Part shown: positions 8,425-18,126 of the stretch, piece by piece | How positions within the stretch are numbered: the first letter of the stretch is position 1 | Layout: each line of letters begins with the position of its first letter | Assembly: GCA_036803025.1 (NCBI GenBank) | Contig: DAIRVC010000001.1 | Span: 1-55,826, forward strand | Length of the DNA stretch: 55,826 nucleotides | Direction of reading: 5' to 3' | Origin: Anaerolineales bacterium | GTDB taxonomy: Bacteria; Chloroflexota; Anaerolineae; Anaerolineales; E44-bin32 | Program-made: the position numbers and the translations under genes | The notes under the pieces: model-generated | The model's database searches: none | Told to the model about the DNA's origin: nothing | The model's input: the letters and a program-made list of their open reading frames with translations, nothing else

Positions 8425-10722
8425 CTACGCCGAATACGGCTCGTCTTGAGCGGGCCGGCAGCCGTCCCGGCGCATGTGCCGTCGAATCTCGCGCACCAGT
8501 GTCGCGCTGGTATAGGGTTTCTGAATGAAGCCCGCCAGGCCCTTGCCGGTGAAGCGGCGCGTCGCTTCGACCTCGTTGTAGCCCGAGGACAGGATCACTC
8601 GCACGGCCGGGTTGGCGCGTCGCAGTGCGGCCAGGGTGTCGGCCCCTCCCATCCCGGGCATCGATAGATCGAGCAGCACCAGAGCGATCTCCCGCTCCTT
8701 CTCACGGTAGAGCGCCAGGCCCGACTCGCCGTCGGGGGAGGCGTAGACGTGCATGCCGGCGGCCTGGAGGATGTCGGCCACCGCCTCGCGGACCGGTGCC
8801 TCATCGTCGATCACCAGGATGGCGGCGCCGGCCAGCGGTGCCGACTCCTGCGTCGGCGCCTCGGGCTGCGCCGGTTGGAGGCCAGCCGGCACGCCGGCCG
8901 GCAGGAAGATGCGGAAGGTGGTGCCCGCGCCGGGTCGGCTGTCAACCCACAGGCCGCCGTCGTGGCCGCGCACGATACCCAACACAGCCGCCAGCCCCAG
9001 TCCGCGGCCGGTGAACTTGGTGGTGAAGAACGGGTCGAAGATGCGCGAGAGCGTCGCCGCGTCCATGCCCTCGCCGTCATCGCTCACTTCGAGCCGGACG
9101 AAGCGGCCGGGTCTGGGCGCGATGCGCGTCCGGTTGGAGGGCAGGGTGTAGTCGCTCTCGGGTTGGATATCCTCCGCGGCCGTGCTGACTTGAACCAGGC
9201 CCGGGCGCGGGCCGATGGCATCGGCGGCGTTGAGGATCAGATTCATGATCACCTGCTGCATCTGCCCCGGGTCGGCGGCGATGAGCGGCAGGGCATCGTT
9301 CAGTCTCGGCTGAAGGATCACGTTCTTCGGCACAGCCGCCTGGAACAGGTGAAGGTTTTCGTTGATCAGCGCATTGAGATCGACCGGCTGGATCTGGAAG
9401 TGCCCGCGGCCGGAGTAGGCCAGCATCTGCCGGGTCAGGTCGGCGGCCCGCTGCGAGGCCGCCACCGCCTTCTCAATCGCTGCGCGAGCGGGGTGGTCGG
9501 CAGGCAGGCTGCTGAGCGCCAGCGAGGTCTGCCCGAGCATGGCCACCAGCAGGTTGTTGAAATCGTGCGCCACACCGCCGGCCAGGATGCCCAGGCTTTC
9601 CATCTTCACCGCCTGCGACAGCGCCTCCTCCGCCCTGACTCTATAGGTGACATCTCGGATGACCCCCTCTACCGCCACCAGGTTGCCCGAAGCATCGTTG
9701 ACCGGGGAGATGCGGTGCTCGGTCCAGACCACGTGGCCGTCGCGGTGCAGCCAGCGCAGGGTGAGGGGGTCCTTCAGCGAGAACGCCGAGTCGGTGATGG
9801 TCTGCAGGGAAGGCCGGTCTTCGGGGATGATCAGGTCGAGGCCCAGCGCCGGATTGGCGTAGTGGTCTTCCGGCGTGTAGCCGATGAGCCTGGTAATCGC
9901 CGGGCTGATGTACTCGTAGGCGGGTGTGGGTACGATGCGGAAGCGGTAGACGACGTCGGGCAGATTCTCCATCAGCCGCCGGAAGCGTTCCTCGCTCTCC
10001 TGAAGGGCTTCCTTGACCTTGGCCCCCTCGACCACGCCGCCGATGATGGCGAACTCCATCACCATCAGCAGGCCCAGGAAGCCGTACTCGATCGTGTAGA
10101 CGAAGAGATACAGTCCCGTGCTGACCGCCGTGTCGCTGAGGATGCTGGTGAGGAGCAGCAGCAGAGCGATGAGAAGCGGCCGCATGCGAGCTTTGGGTCC
10201 GCGCTTGAGCGCGGTGATCGCCATCCACAGGCAGTAGACGACGCCGAACCACCCGACCACGCTCTGGAGATCGACGAGCGGTCCCGGGGTGGCTTCGTAG
10301 TAGGTCACCGTGAGGCCCAGCGCCAACGGGATGACCTTGGTGGACGGCTGGTCCACAAGCCAGGCCAGCCCACTCTGGTCGAACAGCCCGAACGCGGCCG
10401 CAAACACGCCGTAGACGGTCAGGACCCAGATCAGGCGGCGCGAGCGGTGGCCGGTGTAGTCGGCGACGAACCACAGCAGGGCGATCAAGGCCAGCGACAG
10501 AACGCTGACCTGTGCTCGCTGCCAGGGGATGCCCTCGGCCACCGAACCGACGCTGTACAGGCGGGCGCAGAACGCGTCGTACAGGCTGGCGCCCAGGCTG
10601 GTCGCGGCGAAGGTCAGGTTCTCACGCCGCTGCGGCTGGCGCAGGTAGATGACCAGGTGTGAGACGCCGACGAAGAATGTGATGCTGGCCATGATGATGG
10701 CCGGCATGGATTGGAGAATCAT
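8425..10722 (-). CDS. Hybrid sensor histidine kinase (7-TM sensor, PAS, HisKA, HATPase, receiver)
   Basis: The N-terminus has ~7 hydrophobic helices, followed by a PAS-like segment. H-box GGVAHDFNNLL, G-boxes DDGEGM / GRGLGLA and a C-terminal receiver (VIDDE...LLDLSMPGMGG) are present. Confidence 0.85.
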   Translation of the reverse strand: MILQSMPAIIMASITFFVGVSHLVIYLRQPQRRENLTFAATSLGASLYDAFCARLYSVGSVAEGIPWQRAQVSVLSLALIALLWFVADYTGHRSRRLIWVLTVYGVFAAAFGLFDQSGLAWLVDQPSTKVIPLALGLTVTYYEATPGPLVDLQSVVGWFGVVYCLWMAITALKRGPKARMRPLLIALLLLLTSILSDTAVSTGLYLFVYTIEYGFLGLLMVMEFAIIGGVVEGAKVKEALQESEERFRRLMENLPDVVYRFRIVPTPAYEYISPAITRLIGYTPEDHYANPALGLDLIIPEDRPSLQTITDSAFSLKDPLTLRWLHRDGHVVWTEHRISPVNDASGNLVAVEGVIRDVTYRVRAEEALSQAVKMESLGILAGGVAHDFNNLLVAMLGQTSLALSSLPADHPARAAIEKAVAASQRAADLTRQMLAYSGRGHFQIQPVDLNALINENLHLFQAAVPKNVILQPRLNDALPLIAADPGQMQQVIMNLILNAADAIGPRPGLVQVSTAAEDIQPESDYTLPSNRTRIAPRPGRFVRLEVSDDGEGMDAATLSRIFDPFFTTKFTGRGLGLAAVLGIVRGHDGGLWVDSRPGAGTTFRIFLPAGVPAGLQPAQPEAPTQESAPLAGAAILVIDDEAPVREAVADILQAAGMHVYASPDGESGLALYREKEREIALVLLDLSMPGMGGADTLAALRRANPAVRVILSSGYNEVEATRRFTGKGLAGFIQKPYTSATLVREIRRHMRRDGCRPAQDEPYSA

Positions 10723-10947
10723 CGTCGACAGTCCGCAGGCGGCTGTGGGGTGCCCGGGGAGGAGATTACCGAGGGGCCCTTACGGGATGCAACCGAGGCA
10801 GTGCGAGGGGCAAGGTGCGCAGGCGAAGGCCGCGGCGGGGGCCGGGTGTCCGGGGACCGGTGGGTTGCGTACGCAATCCAGCACACGGTCTGCCACTTCC
10901 ACTTGCTGTTGTGGCCGGCAGCGCCAGGACCGCCGGCGTAGAGCGCG

Positions 10948-12081
10948 TCAACGGCCGAGGTGCATCGGCATGATCACATGCAAGAAGTCATCTCGCCCGA
11001 CCGGGCGGATGACGCCGGGAGCCGAAGGTCCGGTGGTCTCCAGAGCGACATTGGGCGTGTCGATCACGCTCAGAACGTCGAGCAGGTAGCGCACATTGAA
11101 GGCGATCTCGATGGGGGTGCCCTCGATGGTGGCATCGACGACCGTCTCATTCGACCCGGTCTGGGCCGCCGTCGCCGAGACCTCGACCGTCCCGGGTTCG
11201 AGTTCGCCGCGCGGTGTGATCTTCAGGCGCGCCGAGTGGGCCGCCTCGCGGGCGAAGATGTCGGCCGCCTTGCAGGCCTTCAAGAAGGAAAGCGTCGGCA
11301 GCAGGCTGCGGGTGGTGAAGCTGGGCGGGATGATGCCGCGGTAGTCGGGGAATGATCCGTCGATCAGCTGCGAGACAACCTCGACGTTCTTGGTGCGGAA
11401 GATGATCTGGCCTCGGCCGGTGGGCAGCGTCAGGCTGACCGTTTCCTCGCCGTCCTGAACCACGCGCGCCAGCTCGGCCAACGCCCGGGCGGGCACGATG
11501 GCGCGGATCGGGCCGGCGGCCGGGGAGGACAGGTGGGCGTTGCGCACCGACAGGCGGAAGCCGTCGGCGGCGGCCAGAGTCATTTCCCCGGCGTCGATCT
11601 CGACCAGGACGCCGGTCAGCACCGGGCGCGCATCGTCACCCGAGGCGGCGAAGACGACCTGGTTGATCATCTCCCGCAGGTCGGAGACGTTCAGCACCAG
11701 ATCGGTGCCCAGATCGGCCGGGGGCAGGGGCGGGAACTCCTGGGAGTCGATGCATTTGATGTCGTTGTTGGATTGTCCGCAGTGCACGTTCAGCGTCTGG
11801 GTGCGGACGGTCAACTGCATGTCGACCTTGTCGTTTGGCAGGGCGCCGACCAGGTCGGCGAAGGTACGGGCCGGGACGGTCGTCGACCCCTCCTCGTCGA
11901 TCTTGGCACCGATCCAACAGGTGATGCCCAGCTCGAGGTTGGTGGCCGAGAGGCGCAGCCGGCCGGCCTCCGTGGCCACCAGGATGTTGCTCAGAACGGG
12001 CAGGGTGCTGCGGGGGGCGACGGCGCGAGCCACCACATTCAGGCCGCGCGACAGGTTTTCCTGCAGGCAAGAGACCTTCAT
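10948..12081 (-). CDS. dnaN: DNA polymerase III beta sliding clamp
   Basis: The N-terminus is MKVSCLQENLSRGLN..V..R..LP.L.NIL, with three-domain length. The internal ATG at 12081 is preferred over ORF start 12180. No dnaA is adjacent. Confidence 0.9.
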   Translation of the reverse strand: MKVSCLQENLSRGLNVVARAVAPRSTLPVLSNILVATEAGRLRLSATNLELGITCWIGAKIDEEGSTTVPARTFADLVGALPNDKVDMQLTVRTQTLNVHCGQSNNDIKCIDSQEFPPLPPADLGTDLVLNVSDLREMINQVVFAASGDDARPVLTGVLVEIDAGEMTLAAADGFRLSVRNAHLSSPAAGPIRAIVPARALAELARVVQDGEETVSLTLPTGRGQIIFRTKNVEVVSQLIDGSFPDYRGIIPPSFTTRSLLPTLSFLKACKAADIFAREAAHSARLKITPRGELEPGTVEVSATAAQTGSNETVVDATIEGTPIEIAFNVRYLLDVLSVIDTPNVALETTGPSAPGVIRPVGRDDFLHVIMPMHLGR

Positions 12082-12191
12082 CGTGGCTGCGTCCTTGGTC
12101 GGCTGAGTGTCTTCGTCCAAAGTATACAATGAACCTCGCGGCGGTACAACGCTTGGTAGACAAGCCGAGCAGTCTGGCATACACTTGCGCC

Positions 12192-13448
12192 ATGGCCGAG
12201 CGGGACCCGCTGGCGGAAGTCGATGAGCTGCGCCAGATGGTGTTCCGGCTGGCGCGCCTGGTCGAGATCAGCGTCACCCTCAACTCGACGCTCGAGCCAC
12301 GCCGGCTGCTCCAATTCATCATCCAGTCGGCCGCCGACCTGGTCGAGTGCGAATCCGCTTCGATCCTGCTCGTCGACGACAACACACACGCGCTGTCGAT
12401 TGCCGCCGCCACCGGCTCCGACCCGGACGATCTGGCACAAATCCCGGTACCCCTGGAAGGCTCGATCGCCGGGACGATCGTGCGGGAGGACCGCCCGTTG
12501 ATCATCAACGAGGTCGGGAGCGACGCCCGCCGCTACCAGGCGATCGGGGCCAATGTGCGCGGCCCGGTGCGATCGCTCATGGGCGTGCCGATGCGCATCC
12601 GCGAGAAGGTCACCGGGGTCCTGGAAGCCGTCAACAAGCGCCAGGGCGCCTTCGAAGAGGCGGACCTGCAGACGCTGTCGATCATCGCCTCCCAGGCGGC
12701 CGTGGCGATGAACAACGCCAATCTGCTCAGCGCCCTGCAGGGCGCCTACGCCGAGCTGGGCAAGCTGGACAAACTCAAGAGCGACTTCATCGCCATCGCT
12801 TCTCACGAACTGCGAACCCCCCTGGGACTGATCCTGGGCTATGCCTCGATCCTCAAAGAAGAAGCCGGCGAGAGCGCCTCGGAACATGCCGAAGTGGTGC
12901 TCAGCTCGGCGCTGCGCATGCGCTCGCTGATCGAGGACATGACCAACATGAACCTGCTCCAGGTGGGCGCGGCAGAAATGGTGCTCGAGCGCCAGCCGCT
13001 GCGGCGCATCGCCGAGACCGCCTTCGCCGAGGCCGGCGACCTGTTTCAGGCCAAGGGTCAGTTTGCCGAGTTGCGGGTCCCCGGCGACGAGCTCATGGCC
13101 ATGGTCGATGCCGAGCGCCTGGGCATGGCCGTCACCAACCTTCTCAACAACGCCGTCCGCTTTACCCGGGGAGGCGGGCACATCTGGCTGGAACTGGAGC
13201 GCCACGGAGGCGAGGCCTGGTTGCGCGTGCGCGATGACGGCGTCGGTGTCTCCCCCAGCCTGCTCGGACGCATCTTCGATGAGTTCTACCAGGTCGAGGA
13301 CCACATGACCCGCCGGCACGAAGGCATTGGGCTGGGGCTGGCGATCGTGCGAGCGATCGCCAGCGCACATGGCGGCCGGGTCTGGGCGGAAAGCGAAGGC
13401 GAGGGCCGCGGCTCGCTCTTCACGATCGCCCTTCCACTTGCCCCCTGA
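12192..13448 (+). CDS. GAF-domain sensor histidine kinase
   Basis: A GAF-like N-terminal half is followed by H-box ASHELRTPL and HATPase N/G boxes (LLNNAVRFT, DDGVGV, GIGLGLAIV). The start could be 12129 or 12192. Confidence 0.85.
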   Translation: MAERDPLAEVDELRQMVFRLARLVEISVTLNSTLEPRRLLQFIIQSAADLVECESASILLVDDNTHALSIAAATGSDPDDLAQIPVPLEGSIAGTIVREDRPLIINEVGSDARRYQAIGANVRGPVRSLMGVPMRIREKVTGVLEAVNKRQGAFEEADLQTLSIIASQAAVAMNNANLLSALQGAYAELGKLDKLKSDFIAIASHELRTPLGLILGYASILKEEAGESASEHAEVVLSSALRMRSLIEDMTNMNLLQVGAAEMVLERQPLRRIAETAFAEAGDLFQAKGQFAELRVPGDELMAMVDAERLGMAVTNLLNNAVRFTRGGGHIWLELERHGGEAWLRVRDDGVGVSPSLLGRIFDEFYQVEDHMTRRHEGIGLGLAIVRAIASAHGGRVWAESEGEGRGSLFTIALPLAP

Positions 13449-13476
13449 TCGACGACGACCCGGCGCAGCACCCCCC

Positions 13477-14379
13477 GTGAGAGCCCAAGCGCGCCCCTTC
13501 CGCATCGGCGACCTGCCCTTGATGATCGATCTGCTGGCGCGCAGCCGCGCACCCGAGCGGCGGCGCGACTTCCCCGGACGGGCGGACCTTCAGGATGCCC
13601 TGGGCCTGTCAACGGTGCGATCGAACACGCGTGTCTGGCAGGCTGAGCGGGAGCGGATCACGGCCTTCGCCTACATCGACGACTACGCCAACTTGCGTTT
13701 CGAGCTCGACAGGGCGGGTGAGGCGCCGGAGGTGGAAGAGATCGTGGCCTGGGCGCAGCGACAACTGCGAGGTCAGGCGGGCCGGGCGGGCGACCGGCTC
13801 GAGACAAGCTGTGCGGAGGAGGACCTGTCGCGGATCGGCGAACTGGAGCGCTGCGGCTTTGTCCGCCAGCCGGTCCAGACTCTGGAGTTGGTGCGCGATC
13901 TCACGCGGGCGGTTGAGGCGCCGCGGCTTGCGGCCGGGTTCCACCTCCGCCTCGCCGCAGGCGAGGCGGAGATCGACGACCTGGTGGCGTTGCATCGTGC
14001 CGCGTTCGGCACCACGCACATGACGGTCGAGGAGCGGCGGTCGATGATGCAGGCCGACGGATACGAGGCGGCGCTGGATCTGGTAGCCTGCGCGACGGGC
14101 GGGCAGCTGGCGGCCGCTTGCGTGTGCCGAATCGGGGGCGAGGTCGATGGTGAGGGCGCGGTGGATACGATCGCGACCCACCCGGCCTATCGCCGCCGGG
14201 GCCTGGCACGCGGGCTCCTGCTGGAGGGCCTGCAGCGACTGCGCGAGCGCGGCGCATGCCTGGTCCGGCTCGGCACAAGCAGCCACAACCTGCCCATGCG
14301 ACGGACGGCGGCCTCGGTCGGGTTTGTCCCTGCAACGGTGACTGTCTGGTTCGCCCTGCCAGACGCCGACGCTGTCTGA
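13477..14379 (+). CDS. GNAT-family N-acetyltransferase, two-domain (mycothiol-synthase-like architecture)
   Basis: The acetyl-CoA motif HPAYRRRGLARGLL lies in the C-terminal half. The start is uncertain (GTG 13477 or ATG 13522). The upstream part of ORF 13327.. overlaps the kinase. Confidence 0.6.
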   Translation: MRAQARPFRIGDLPLMIDLLARSRAPERRRDFPGRADLQDALGLSTVRSNTRVWQAERERITAFAYIDDYANLRFELDRAGEAPEVEEIVAWAQRQLRGQAGRAGDRLETSCAEEDLSRIGELERCGFVRQPVQTLELVRDLTRAVEAPRLAAGFHLRLAAGEAEIDDLVALHRAAFGTTHMTVEERRSMMQADGYEAALDLVACATGGQLAAACVCRIGGEVDGEGAVDTIATHPAYRRRGLARGLLLEGLQRLRERGACLVRLGTSSHNLPMRRTAASVGFVPATVTVWFALPDADAV

Positions 14380-14490
14380 GGCGAGGGCCGGGCGGGATTC
14401 AGCCGGTGCGCTGCAACGGTCCTCTGAACGAACAGGCGGGCGCAGACCTGGTTCGAAGGCGCGCCCGTCGCAGGTTGCCGGGGGGGAGGA

Positions 14491-15573
14491 TCAGGAAGCC
14501 GGGACGCGACTGATCTGTCCGCGCGTGTGCAGCAGCGTCGAGAATGAGGCCGCCGGCGGCGCGACGCCGAAGACGGGATGCCGGCGGGCGGCCAGGTTCA
14601 CGAGCCGGCTGGCCATGCGCCCGAATGTGTAGCCGGCGGCCTCGGCGGCGCAGGCTAGGCTGGCGTCCGAGCTGATATCGGCGTTGGGGTTGATGTCCAG
14701 GACGTAGAAGATGCCGTCGCGAAGCCGGAGGTCGAAGCGCGCATAATCGCGGCAGCCGGTGGCGCGGTAGGTGGCGAAGACGGTTCGCTGCAGGCAGGCC
14801 AGTTCCTCGTCGCTAAGCGGCGCGGGCAGCCGCAGCTGGATCTTGTCGTAATGCGGTGTACCCGGGGTGAACTTGGCGTCGTACGTGCACAGACGATCGC
14901 GGACATCGTCGAAGTAGGCAAAGTCCATCTCGGCCGGCGGCAGCATCTCGAGTTGTCCATCGCCCCACACGCCGACATGGAACTCGCGCCCGTCGATGAA
15001 ATCCTCGACCAAGGCCGGCTCGCCGAACGTGTCGAGGATGTACTGGACGCGCCCGCGCAAGCTGTCGCCGTCGAGGACGACCGCGTCGCTGGTCACCCCG
15101 TAGCTGGAGTGTTCGTAGGCCGGCTTGACAATCGCCGGGAAGCAATCCCAGTCGCCGATGGCGGCGGTTTCGAAGACGCGCCAGCGCGGCGAGGGAATGC
15201 CGCGCCGATCGAGGAGTGTATTGACGCGCGGCTTGTCCCATGACAGGTCAAGCACGCGCGAAGTCGAGCCCGTGTAGGCGAAGTGCATGGCGGCCAGCGT
15301 GCGCGCCACGCGCGATTCGCTGCGCGGGATTCCCGGCAGCGCCTCGCACCAGTTGAAAACGATGTAGTCCCTGGGATCGTAGGCGCGCAAGCGTGGCGCG
15401 AGATTAGCATCGACTACGGGGACGCTCTCAACCGGATGTCCCAGGTCACGCAGGGCCGCTTCGAGTATGCTGGCCTGCTGGGCTGCTTCCTCCTGGTCGC
15501 CTGACGACCAGGATTGATCAAGATTGTGGAGCAGCAGCACGGGCAGGTCCGTGCGGTCGTTGTATGCGCTCAT
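14491..15573 (-). CDS. ATP-grasp enzyme of the D-alanine--D-alanine ligase family
   Basis: It contains AIVKPAYEHSSYGV, EDFIDGREF and a C-terminal FYVLDINPN ATP-grasp signature. The specific substrate is unknown. Confidence 0.7.
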   Translation of the reverse strand: MSAYNDRTDLPVLLLHNLDQSWSSGDQEEAAQQASILEAALRDLGHPVESVPVVDANLAPRLRAYDPRDYIVFNWCEALPGIPRSESRVARTLAAMHFAYTGSTSRVLDLSWDKPRVNTLLDRRGIPSPRWRVFETAAIGDWDCFPAIVKPAYEHSSYGVTSDAVVLDGDSLRGRVQYILDTFGEPALVEDFIDGREFHVGVWGDGQLEMLPPAEMDFAYFDDVRDRLCTYDAKFTPGTPHYDKIQLRLPAPLSDEELACLQRTVFATYRATGCRDYARFDLRLRDGIFYVLDINPNADISSDASLACAAEAAGYTFGRMASRLVNLAARRHPVFGVAPPAASFSTLLHTRGQISRVPAS

Positions 15574-15850
15574 CCCCATGCCCTCGGGATCTGGCTTCTC
15601 CGGTGGGAGACTTTGACGGCCTCGGTCTCCGGCGCGGATGAGGTCTGGCGAGACCTCCGCTCGATCACCAACCTCCGGTCTCTCGTTCGAGATTCTGCGA
15701 CGCTCGAACCATCTGCATTATTACAGAACCTGGGCGAAATGCAAGGTTTGCGGGCACCTTTTTTCGCCGCGGCGGGGGCCGCCCCGCGGCGCCGCGGAGC
15801 GGCCGGCGCGGCCCGGCGCATCGCGCGCGGGCCTGATTGAGGTCGGAGGC

Positions 15851-16360
15851 GGCCGCGACGGCGCGCGCGACGCTGCGCCGGCGGCAGACGGCCGAGGTGT
15901 GGCGCGCGGGGAGTGTCTTTGACGCGGCAAGTAGTGGGTTGGCGGGCTCGGCGGCACGACTCCGATGCGGGAGGCGTGCGGTTTTCGTGGCGATGAGCGG
16001 CGAGCTCGGCTTGGGCGGCGCACGCGCCGGGGGCGATGGGGGCGGTCAGCCGCGCCAGCGGACCGGCTCAGCCGCGAGAATCTGGGTCGACGGTCTCGCA
16101 GACGCGGCCGCGACGGCGCGCGCGACGCTGCGCCGGCGGCAGACGGCCGAAGGTTGGAGCGCAGGGAGTCTCTCTTACGCGGTAGGAAACGGGTTGGCGG
16201 GCTCGGCGGCACGAATTCGATGCGGGAGGCGCGCGATTCTTGTGGCGATGAGCGGCAGGCGGGGCGTGGGCGGCGCGCTCGCCGGAGGCGATGGGGACGG
16301 TCAGCCGCGCGATCGGACGGGCTTCGTCGTGAGAATCTTGACCGACGATCGCGCAGAGCC
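15851..16360. repeat. Tandem direct repeat, 2 complete 255-bp units (15851-16105, 16106-16360) with degenerate flanks
   Basis: A hand alignment is gap-free with 213/255 identities. The first 45 nt of each unit are identical. The repeat lies in the 1.07-kb gap between the ATP-grasp gene (-) and ssb (+). Confidence 0.85.
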
Positions 16361-16533
16361 GGCCGCGCGCGTGCGGCGCGCGGTCGCCGAGAGAATGAGA
16401 AGCTGCCATGCGCGCGTCGCTGCCGAGAGAAGAGGGGAGTTGCCCCGGTGCGAAGAGGTGCGCCGGGCTTTCGGCTGGGTTCCGATGGCGCGGCGGAAGT
16501 CAGTCCAGCGCAACGGCGGAGGAGCCGCCGGGT

Positions 16534-16561
16534 CTTGACAAGCCTCAGGATAGTAGTACAA
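16534..16561 (+). promoter_or_regulatory. Sigma70-type promoter for ssb (TTGACA-16 nt-TACAAT)
   Basis: Consensus -35 TTGACA at 16534-16539 and TACAAT at 16556-16561 lie ~90 nt upstream of ssb ATG 16653. Confidence 0.6.
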
Positions 16562-16652
16562 TTGTTCTAGATCAACCGGTGGGTGCACTGAACGCTGCCC
16601 CGGCCGCCCGGGCCGGATCGAGACACTGACCCCCATCGGAAAGGAGATCCCC

Positions 16653-17078
16653 ATGTTCCACAAAGTGATTCTCGTAGGCAATCTGGGGCGTGACCCGGAG
16701 ATGCGCTACACGCCCAGCGGTCAGGCGGTGACGAACCTGTCCGTCGCCACCAACCGTACGTATACCGACAGCAGCGGCAGCCCCGTCAAGGAGACCGTCT
16801 GGTTCCGTGTCTCGGTGTGGGGCAAGCAGGCCGAATCCTGCCACCAGTACCTGCGCAAGGGACGCCCGGTGTTGATCGAAGGCCGACTTGTGCCGGACGA
16901 CAACGGCAATCCGCGCATCTGGAATCGACAGGACGGCACCCCGGCGGCCTCGTTCGAAGTGAACGCCCAGACCGTCCGGTTCCTGGGCGGACGCGAAGAG
17001 GCCGGCGCTGCGGCGGCTGACGAAGGCGACCTCGGGCCGAGCGCGAGCCCGGGGACCGAAGACGAGATCCCCTTCTAA
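16653..17078 (+). CDS. ssb: Single-stranded DNA-binding protein
   Basis: The N-terminus is MFHKVILVGNLGRDPEMRYTPSGQAVTNLSVATN (OB fold). A Gly/Ala-rich linker leads to the acidic tip DEIPF. Confidence 0.95.
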   Translation: MFHKVILVGNLGRDPEMRYTPSGQAVTNLSVATNRTYTDSSGSPVKETVWFRVSVWGKQAESCHQYLRKGRPVLIEGRLVPDDNGNPRIWNRQDGTPAASFEVNAQTVRFLGGREEAGAAAADEGDLGPSASPGTEDEIPF

Positions 17079-17093
17079 GGCGCCAGCGTACAT

Positions 17094-17124
17094 CGCCCTC
17101 AGCCGGCCCGGCCGGCTGAGGGCG
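17094..17124 (+). terminator. Hairpin after ssb (possible intrinsic terminator/attenuator)
   Basis: A 13-bp stem, CGCCCTCAGCCGG / CCGGCTGAGGGCG, is followed by CATTTG. The U-tract is weak. Confidence 0.45.
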
Positions 17125-17140
17125 CATTTGCCCGCGGAGC

Positions 17141-17479
17141 ATGCGAATGACCTCACAGCCTGGACAGCCCGCCCCCGGCGGCCGCGTTACCGTTCATCTC
17201 CCGGCCGATCTCCGGCCCCTCTACGCCAACTTCGCCGTGATCACCCACTCGATCGCCGAGTTCGTGATCGACCTGGCCCAGATCATGCCACAGGTCCCGC
17301 AGGCGCGGGTGCAGGCGCGGGTGATCATGACGCCGCTCAACGCCAAGTTGCTGCTGAGGGCGTTGGGCGAGAACATAGCCAAGTACGAGGCGCTCCACGG
17401 CACGGTCCAGGTGCCGGAAGGCTCGTCCTTGGCTGACCAGCTCTTTCGGCCCGCGCCGGGAGAGACCCCGCCGGAATAG
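17141..17479 (+). CDS. DUF3467-family protein
   Basis: LYANFAVITHSIAEFVIDLAQIMP...ARVIMTPLNAKLLLRAL is the DUF3467 pattern as I remember it. The start may be ATG 17147, which lies 7 nt after GGAG. Confidence 0.6.
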   Translation: MRMTSQPGQPAPGGRVTVHLPADLRPLYANFAVITHSIAEFVIDLAQIMPQVPQARVQARVIMTPLNAKLLLRALGENIAKYEALHGTVQVPEGSSLADQLFRPAPGETPPE

Positions 17480-17487
17480 GGAGAGAG

Positions 17488-18123
17488 ATGGACAGCCTGG
17501 ATTCCATCGCTGAACAAATCCGCCAGCACCTGGAGGAGAAGAACGCGGCGCGCGATCGGGCCCTGCAACATTCGCGCACGCTCATCCGCCATTGCGCCAA
17601 CGCCATCCGTGCCGCCCATCGCGACGAACGCCGGGCCGCCGAAGAGCATCTGACCCAGGCCCGCCAGCTGGCCGAGATGCTGCGGGGCGAGTTGGCCGGC
17701 TACCCCGATCTGTACCACGCCGGATACACCCAGGACGCGCTCAAGGAATACGCCGAGGCCAGTATTGTCTTTGCGCTGCTCGGGTCCGGCGCACTGCCCC
17801 ATCCGCAAGATCTGGGCATCGAGTACGCGGCCTACCTGTGCGGCCTGGGCGAGGCGGCTGGCGAACTGCGCCGACGTGTGCTGGACCTGCTGCGCAGCGA
17901 GGATATCCAGCAGGCCGAGTCTCTCCTCTCGGCCATGGACGACATCTACGCCCTGCTGGTTACCATCGACTATCCGGATGCCATCACCGGGAACTTGCGA
18001 AGGACGACCGACATGGTGCGCGGTGTGACCGAGCGGACCCGTGGCGACTTGACCACCAGCTTTCAGCAGCACGAACTGAGGCGGGCGCTCAAAGCGGCCG
18101 AGGACAGGCTGCCGCGCGGCTGA
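17488..18123 (+). CDS. Translin-family protein (bacterial translin/TRAX-like)
   Basis: It is all-helical. GLGEAAGELRRRVLDLLR and YPDAITGNLRRTTDMVRGVTERTRGDL resemble the translin family GEL.R and LR...D..R...E blocks. The gap to the upstream gene is 8 nt. Confidence 0.65.
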   Translation: MDSLDSIAEQIRQHLEEKNAARDRALQHSRTLIRHCANAIRAAHRDERRAAEEHLTQARQLAEMLRGELAGYPDLYHAGYTQDALKEYAEASIVFALLGSGALPHPQDLGIEYAAYLCGLGEAAGELRRRVLDLLRSEDIQQAESLLSAMDDIYALLVTIDYPDAITGNLRRTTDMVRGVTERTRGDLTTSFQQHELRRALKAAEDRLPRG

Positions 18124-18126
18124 GGC

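Noticed and set aside
10723-12191. A possible replication origin next to dnaN, and the palindrome TTGCGTACGCAA at 10865-10876.
   Set aside because: No dnaA gene is present, no cluster of TTATCCACA-type DnaA boxes was seen, and there is no AT-rich unwinding element. The single 12-bp palindrome may be an operator, but nothing else supports that.
14440-14460. A tRNA-like GGTTCGAA T-arm motif in the GNAT/ATP-grasp intergenic region.
   Set aside because: No acceptor stem, anticodon arm or D-arm could be folded around it. It is more likely part of a GGGCGC...GCGCCC hairpin between convergent genes.
15837-16570. ORFs of 163-233 aa spanning the 255-bp tandem repeat (15837..16538 +, 15965..16570 +, 15721..16212 -).
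   Set aside because: Their composition is extremely Arg/Ala/Gly-rich. Substitutions between the two repeat units show no codon-phase bias (15/15/12 by hand count). There is no Shine-Dalgarno or motif support.
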